The notes under the pieces: generated by a model | Database searches by the model: none | What the model saw: only the letters and a program-made list of their open reading frames with translations | Told to the model about the DNA's origin: nothing | Assembly: GCA_016839365.1 (NCBI GenBank) | Contig: JAEOUH010000075.1 | Location: forward strand, 1-12,509 | Direction of reading: 5' to 3' | DNA from: Candidatus Hermodarchaeota archaeon | GTDB lineage: Archaea > Asgardarchaeota > Hermodarchaeia > Hermodarchaeales > Hermodarchaeaceae | DNA length: 12,509 nucleotides | Program-made: the position numbers and the translations under genes | Shown here: in pieces, positions 7,217 to 12,509 of the stretch | Position numbering within the stretch: position 1 is the first letter of the stretch | Layout of the letters: the number at the start of each line of letters is the position of its first letter

Positions 7217-9613
7217 TTATCCAGCTGGACGGTTATGTTCTCGCATGATGTTTGCCATTTCTCGGAGTCGTTTATCGACTCGCCCGAAAATGGAATCCTC
7301 TGGATAGGAGCCATTAACCTTTTTTTGACCGGCTGGAACGCCTGTCAGTAGTTCGATACCTTCACGGATGGTTCGGACCGAATGGATGTGGAATTTTCCA
7401 GCTTCGACCGCCTCAATCACCTCATCTTTGAGCATGAGGTTTTGGACGTTCGATTCGGGCATCAAGACCCCTTGATCACCGGTCAAACCCATTTCCTTGC
7501 AGACGGCAAAGTACCCTTCGATTTTTTGGTTGATTCCTCCGATGGCCTGCACTTGACCATGTTGGTTGACGGAGCCTGTTACCGCGAATCGCTGTTGAAT
7601 TGGAACCCCTGAAAGAACTGAGAGTAGAGCATAGAGTTCGGTGCTGCTCGCACTATCACCGTCGACACCACCATAACTTTGTTCAAAAGTGATCCGTGCT
7701 GACAAGCTCAGGGGTTTGTCTTGTCCAAATGTTTCATGGAGGAACCCGGTGAGGATTTGGACCCCTTTGATTTGAATGGGCCCACTGAGTTGAGCTTCCC
7801 GTTCAATGTCGATGACCTGCCCCCGTCCTGGAGCCACAGTTGCGGTGATACGTGATGGTTGTCCGAAGCTAAAATCGCCTAATGAGAGGACGGATAATCC
7901 ATTGATTTGACCGATAGCTTCGCCTTTTGTGTCGATGAGGATGACACCTTTCTTGATGTATTCACGTACCTTCTCCGCATAGAGACTCGATCGGAAGAAG
8001 CGTTCATCCAAGGCTTTCTTGATATGAGCTAGTTCAATGGTCTTTTTCCTGGCTTTTTTCGCATAGAAGTTCGCTTCACGAATAATATCAGAAACAACGT
8101 CAAAGCGAGTTGATAATTTATTTTGATCATCAGCTAGCCTTGAACTGAAATCGACAACTTCGGCAATAGCTTCTGCAGTGAGGGGAAGAAGATCTTCTTT
8201 TTCCGTGAGTGTGCAAACAAAGTCCCCATAAATTAATACGGCATCTTTATTCCTATCCATAGAGGTATCAAAATCAGCTTTCACCTTGAATAATTCACGA
8301 AAATCGGGATCTAGCTGATACAGCTGCTGATACCATAGTGGCTCACCTATCAAGATGACTTTAACTTTTAATGAAATTGGTTCTGGATGCAACGTTTTTA
8401 CCGAAAGAAAGCCCAAGGCGGCGACTGGTTCCTCAATGACAATCTCGTCGTTTTGGAGCGAACGTTTCAAGGCTTCATATGATGCGGGTGCTAAAAGTAG
8501 TTCGCGGACAGGAATCACGATATAACCACCGTTAGCTTGGTGGATGTAGCCAGCGCGAATCATTGTTGTGTCGGTTACAAATGCGCCAAATCGAGGTTCT
8601 TTTTCAATGACGCCAAAAAGCCGATTATACGCAGCATTAGTCACTTCAACAATAGGGACACCCTCGGTTTCGGAATTGTCCACAATGAGATTGACCTTGT
8701 AACGTTTAGCAAAATCCTCAGGTGAGGGCAAGCGCTGGAGCAGCTCAGGAGGAAGACCCTGAGGGACCCGTCCAATAAACTCGTTCAGATTCTCAATCAT
8801 GTCATCAGCAAGTTGGTTGAGCCACGCGACGGCTTTTTCATTTCCCGCAAATTCCTCTTCAATTTCATTAATCAGTGGGTCAAGGGTAAAGCGGACACCT
8901 TTCTCTTCCATCTGCTTAAGTTCTTCACGTAGATCCCGCTCAAAAGCCCGGAGTTTTCGAAAGGCAGACCGTAATTCGGATTCCAAAGCAGTACGCCTTT
9001 CTTCGATTTGCTTTCGAACTTCTGGTTTCAGTTTGGGAATCATATCGGGTGTAATCGGTTTCCCTTGGATAACTGGCACCATCAGTAACCCAGTTTGGGT
9101 ACCCTGTAGCACGAATCCAGCTTCTTGAGCTTTAGCCCGCATCTCTTCAGTGAGCTCATCACGTTGGGCTTCATAGGATTGGGTCACTTCTTCTCGTTGC
9201 TGGGCATATTCTTCGCTTTCCATCATACGTTGGATTGAGGTGCGCGCCGCTTCAACGAACTTATCGATTTTCGTGACAAATACCCTTCCCATCCCCGCAG
9301 GAAACTCCAAGGCCGTGGGCTTGAACTGGTTCTTATAATTAGTCACATAACACCAATCGGATGGAACTTCACGCACCTTGGCTGCAAGCTCTTTTAGGTA
9401 ACGGCTCACTGCAGTGGTACGCCCCGTGCCAGGACTACCTGCCACATAAATATTGAAGCCCTTATCAGGAATTTCCAGACCAAATTGCAGGGCATTTAGA
9501 GCACGAGGCTGGCCCACAACTCCTTCTAATGGTGATAACTCAGCGCTAGTTTTACACGTAAATTCCATTGATTTGCATCTTGCCCGAAGTTGATTAGATT
9601 GTAATTCCGGCAT
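7217..9613 (-). CDS. LonC-type Lon-like protease (degenerate AAA+ module, coiled-coil insertion, S16 protease domain)
   Basis: N-terminal GQPRA; Walker A-like GSPGTGRTT; DWCYV.N; long coiled coil; HQANGG; FEQSYGGVDGDSAS (catalytic Ser); AVTGS; GGINQKIEG (catalytic Lys). It lacks the transmembrane insert of archaeal LonB. Start is ATG 9613 or TTG 9619. Confidence 0.92.
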   Translation of the reverse strand: MPELQSNQLRARCKSMEFTCKTSAELSPLEGVVGQPRALNALQFGLEIPDKGFNIYVAGSPGTGRTTAVSRYLKELAAKVREVPSDWCYVTNYKNQFKPTALEFPAGMGRVFVTKIDKFVEAARTSIQRMMESEEYAQQREEVTQSYEAQRDELTEEMRAKAQEAGFVLQGTQTGLLMVPVIQGKPITPDMIPKLKPEVRKQIEERRTALESELRSAFRKLRAFERDLREELKQMEEKGVRFTLDPLINEIEEEFAGNEKAVAWLNQLADDMIENLNEFIGRVPQGLPPELLQRLPSPEDFAKRYKVNLIVDNSETEGVPIVEVTNAAYNRLFGVIEKEPRFGAFVTDTTMIRAGYIHQANGGYIVIPVRELLLAPASYEALKRSLQNDEIVIEEPVAALGFLSVKTLHPEPISLKVKVILIGEPLWYQQLYQLDPDFRELFKVKADFDTSMDRNKDAVLIYGDFVCTLTEKEDLLPLTAEAIAEVVDFSSRLADDQNKLSTRFDVVSDIIREANFYAKKARKKTIELAHIKKALDERFFRSSLYAEKVREYIKKGVILIDTKGEAIGQINGLSVLSLGDFSFGQPSRITATVAPGRGQVIDIEREAQLSGPIQIKGVQILTGFLHETFGQDKPLSLSARITFEQSYGGVDGDSASSTELYALLSVLSGVPIQQRFAVTGSVNQHGQVQAIGGINQKIEGYFAVCKEMGLTGDQGVLMPESNVQNLMLKDEVIEAVEAGKFHIHSVRTIREGIELLTGVPAGQKKVNGSYPEDSIFGRVDKRLREMANIMREHNRPAG

Positions 9614-9654
9614 ATTCAAACCTTCTCAGAATTGGAATTGTTAGGATTTGCTTC

Positions 9655-9662
9655 TATTTAAG
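9655..9662 (-). promoter_or_regulatory. putative TATA box for the Lon-like gene
   Basis: CTTAAATA on the minus strand, about 42 nt upstream of ATG 9613, with an AAGGT SD-like motif between them. Confidence 0.4.
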
Positions 9663-10016
9663 CCCGTTGAGAACATGCCACTCACCTTATCGAACGAGTT
9701 AATACTTCGATTATCAGTTGCACAAAACAAACTCAGCTCACCACGCGATCAATTGCATATTCGATAACCCACCATTCAAGGAGTTAACGCCGTAAATGGT
9801 TGTGAAAACTAAAATCCCTTAAGGAAATCGCAGGTCAAACCCAAACTTCCTTGGTCACAAAAGGTCAAACAAGAACTCGTTTCGTAAATTTTTAGACCAA
9901 CACTCAGGCTACAATCCTAAAACTTGGAAAAGAATTAAATTTGTCATAGAAAAATTTGAACTAACCGGTTTATGAAGGTATTTGTATATCTTTCACTTGT
10001 TTTGTCTTGAAATATT

Positions 10017-10844
10017 ATGACACTTGAAACGACCGACTCTGAAACACAGATATCCTCGAGCGGATCTGTTCTCTTGTGGTTCTTTATTCTAACTTTTGTA
10101 CTTTTCATCGTGGCAATTGGTATTTCGGCAGCAATACCACTTTTTGTGCTCCAACTTTTTCCTCCCTGGGCACCAAGTATTGCCGCGTTCATCGTGATAT
10201 TATTAGTTCTGAAAGAACGGAACGGAATTAGGAAATTAGTAGGAAAATTAGGGATATGGAGAATCGGAATTGGTTGGTACCTGGCAGCTCTTTCGCCCTT
10301 CGCGATTTCCCTCCTAGCAATAGGGCTATACATTGGTCTGGGTAATCCAATCCCTGGACCACATATGCCCTTTGACTGGAGTATTGGTTTGTTTTGGTTA
10401 ATTGGTAGTGTGGTGATTGGTTCCATTGGAGAAGAATTGGGTTGGCGGGGATTCGCATTACCACATCTGCAATCACGGTTTAGCGCCCTAGGTTCAAGCC
10501 TCATCCTTGGAGTATTCTGGGGATTCTGGCATTTACCCATTTATCTGTTAATTGGACTTGAGGAGGGGCAATTTGATCTCCTTAATTTTCTAAGTTTCAT
10601 CCTGTTAACCGTGTTCATATCCATCATCATCACATGGATTGTGAACAACACCAATGGAAGCGTCTTGGGTGCCATAATTTTCCACGCTTCCTTTAACTTC
10701 TCACTCGCCCTATTCGTTGAAATCTTAGGTCTCATTCAGTTACAATGGTACTTTCTAGCTATCATCATACTGTACTCTATCTATGCCATCACCTTAGTCA
10801 TTATCTACGGCTACACACGTCTATCAACAAAACCAAGCACCTAA
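10017..10844 (+). CDS. CPBP family intramembrane glutamic endopeptidase (CAAX prenyl protease 2 / Rce1 / Abi-like)
   Basis: Polytopic hydrophobic protein with motifs GEELGWRG, FWGFWH and HASFN. Confidence 0.93.
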   Translation: MTLETTDSETQISSSGSVLLWFFILTFVLFIVAIGISAAIPLFVLQLFPPWAPSIAAFIVILLVLKERNGIRKLVGKLGIWRIGIGWYLAALSPFAISLLAIGLYIGLGNPIPGPHMPFDWSIGLFWLIGSVVIGSIGEELGWRGFALPHLQSRFSALGSSLILGVFWGFWHLPIYLLIGLEEGQFDLLNFLSFILLTVFISIIITWIVNNTNGSVLGAIIFHASFNFSLALFVEILGLIQLQWYFLAIIILYSIYAITLVIIYGYTRLSTKPST

Positions 10845-11023
10845 GCGGTTACGTTTTGAACCACTTCGTTTCATTTTTTGTACGTTAACAGTGGAATGAG
10901 ATTCTGACCTAGGACCTTGAAAAGTCTAGTCTCAAATCGCTTACGCTATGTGGTAATAACCCCTTACTTAAACAGCATCTATACTATTTTGGAATTAGCT
11001 CGGTTGTGTTCGTTTTTTGTCTC

Positions 11024-11043
11024 CAGGCTATAAAAACAGCCTG
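11024..11043 (+). promoter_or_regulatory. TATA box enclosed by an inverted repeat, upstream of the hydrogenase
   Basis: CAGGCT-ATAAAAAC-AGCCTG, with TATAAAAA at 11029-11036. Confidence 0.4.
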
Positions 11044-11129
11044 CTGTATCATAGTTTGATGGTTAATTTCTTAAGGAAGAACCTGGCATGAACACACTAC
11101 ACTGAAACCTTTCAGGTAGTTGACCCACC

Positions 11130-12335
11130 ATGGCCAAAACACCCACAACCATGACCATCCCCATCGGACCCCAACACCCCGCGCTCAAAGAGCCGGAAAA
11201 CTTCACCGTCACCATCGACGGAGAAATCGTCGTCGATGTCGCTGCCCGTATCGGCTACGTCCATCGCGGCATCGAAAAGGCTTTCGAAAGTCGCACGTTT
11301 AGTCAAAACGTCTATCTTGCTGAACGAATTTGCGGTATTTGTTCCCAATCCCACACGACCGCCTACGTACAGGCCGTTGAAGAGATTCTTGGTTTAGATG
11401 TGCCAAAACGTGGTCTCTACATCCGTGCCATCATGAATGAATTGAACCGAATTCACAGCCACATCCTATGGCTCGGTGTAGCGGGGCACGAGATAGGCTG
11501 GGATACTTTGTTCCATTATTCCTGGCGGGATCGCGAGTACAGCATGGATATCATCGAAGAGATTTGTGGGAACCGTGTCAACTATGCTAACAACATCATC
11601 GGTGGCGTTCGCCATGATATCGAAAAAAGCCAAGTTCCTGGCATGGTGGAACGCCTCGAGAAAATCAAAGCACGTATCCATAACTACATCAACCTTATTT
11701 TGAAAGAACAGACCATCCTTGATCGGGCAGTTGGTGTAGGTATCCTCAAAACCGAAGTCGGCAAAGCCCTCTGCGCCACCGGCCCCACAGCCCGCGCCTC
11801 CAACATCGACTGGGACGTCCGCGTCACCCAGCCCCGCACCCCCTACAAAGAAAGCTTCGGCAAACACTGGGAAGTCCGCCTCTCCGACATGTGCGACGTC
11901 GCCGGTCGCGTCGTCGTCCGCATGCTCGAAACCCTCGACGCCTGCAACTGCGTCATCGACTGGCTCACCCACCTCCCCTCCGGCGACATCAGCATCCGCG
12001 CACCCAAACGCGTCCCACCCGGCAAAGCCCTCAGCACCTTCGAAGCCCCCCGCGGCGAAGTCGTCCACTTCGTCGTCAGCAACGGCACCGACAAACCCGA
12101 ACGCCACAAAGCCCGTGCCCCCACCCTCGGCAACATCCCCAGCGTCATCGAAATGCTCAAAGGCGGCAAAATCGCCGACATCCCCATCGCTCTAGCTAGT
12201 ATTGACCCCTGCTTCTCCTGCACTGACAGAATTATACTTTCATACCATGATGGAAGGCAGGAAGAGAAGCCGTGGGCGTGGTTCCAGCAGAAGAGTCGTG
12301 AAGAGCGGGAACACGTGAAAGCCTGGCGTCGTTAA
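11130..12335 (+). CDS. group 4 (energy-converting type) [NiFe]-hydrogenase large subunit, MbhL/EhbN-like
   Basis: IPIGPQHPALKEP, GYVHRGIEK, L1 motif ERICGICSQSH, ELNRIHSH, EAPRGE, RAPT and L2 motif DPCFSCTDR; all four Ni/Fe cysteines are present. A 34-aa C-terminal extension follows the Arg. Confidence 0.93.
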   Translation: MAKTPTTMTIPIGPQHPALKEPENFTVTIDGEIVVDVAARIGYVHRGIEKAFESRTFSQNVYLAERICGICSQSHTTAYVQAVEEILGLDVPKRGLYIRAIMNELNRIHSHILWLGVAGHEIGWDTLFHYSWRDREYSMDIIEEICGNRVNYANNIIGGVRHDIEKSQVPGMVERLEKIKARIHNYINLILKEQTILDRAVGVGILKTEVGKALCATGPTARASNIDWDVRVTQPRTPYKESFGKHWEVRLSDMCDVAGRVVVRMLETLDACNCVIDWLTHLPSGDISIRAPKRVPPGKALSTFEAPRGEVVHFVVSNGTDKPERHKARAPTLGNIPSVIEMLKGGKIADIPIALASIDPCFSCTDRIILSYHDGRQEEKPWAWFQQKSREEREHVKAWRR

Positions 12336-12509
12336 ATCGCTTTGTCCCCACTAAGCGTTGTCTTTGTCGAATTTCCTGAAGTCTTCCCTTTATATTTGAT
12401 AGACCATTCCCTTACTGCGCTCTGTGAGGAGGAGAGTTGGCTACCTCCGAGCATAATTATTCCAGGAGAGGCAAAGGTCGAAAACCAATTCTAATTAAAG
12501 CAACCTAGG

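Noticed and set aside
1988-9128. Numerous short + strand and nested ORFs within the M29, GT, ATPase and Lon genes
   Set aside because: They are antisense or frame-shifted shadows of strongly supported genes and carry no motifs.
9796-9974. ATG-initiated frame MVVKTKIP*GNRRSNPNF...FELTGL* with one internal TAA (possible pseudogene or read-through)
   Set aside because: It has no recognisable homology, the SD spacing is long, and short open stretches are expected in A-rich intergenic DNA.
9944-10735. Minus-strand ORFs of 198, 82 and 64 aa
   Set aside because: They are antisense to the CPBP gene, which has all its catalytic motifs, and show no recognisable features.
10853-10861. GTT-N3-AAC (SurR-like site) upstream of the hydrogenase
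   Set aside because: It has only 6 informative bases, is a single copy and lies about 270 bp from the start codon, so it is expected by chance.
11742-12188. DGR variable region, intein or mobile insertion as the cause of the C-rich tract
   Set aside because: The protein is collinear with canonical group 4 large subunits and the bias sits at wobble positions. No template repeat or reverse transcriptase is present in the window.
11466-12223. Long alternative-frame ORFs (11466-12107 -, 11843-12223 -, 11891-12199 +; also 11112-11354 - and 11120-11302 +)
   Set aside because: These are shadow ORFs. The C/A wobble skew removes stop codons from other frames, and the products are low-complexity and overlap the well-supported hydrogenase.

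Overview
This is a gene-dense prokaryotic window, most likely archaeal. That is inferred from TATA-like promoters, GGTG/GGAG Shine-Dalgarno motifs and the gene content; the lineage cannot be fixed from the sequence alone. It encodes nine proteins: a truncated MBL-fold hydrolase, a sulfite-oxidase-family Mo oxidoreductase, a 76-aa hypothetical protein, an M29 aminopeptidase, an MJ1255/VC2487-type glycosyltransferase, a P-type ATPase, a LonC-type protease, a CPBP/CAAX intramembrane protease and a group 4 [NiFe]-hydrogenase large subunit. Three observations stand out. (1) The P2A-like ATPase has an intact catalytic core but a rebuilt transport site: M4 PEGL becomes PINI, resembling the PISL motif of P4 lipid flippases, and in M6 the N796/D800 equivalents become A/H. 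(2) A densely structured ~150-nt intergenic element at 543-694 looks like an unannotated ncRNA; it has tandem hairpins, a GCAA tetraloop and U-tract, and is bracketed by a 12-bp direct repeat. (3) Sharply bounded intragenic tracts have synonymous positions that are almost exclusively C or A on the sense strand.
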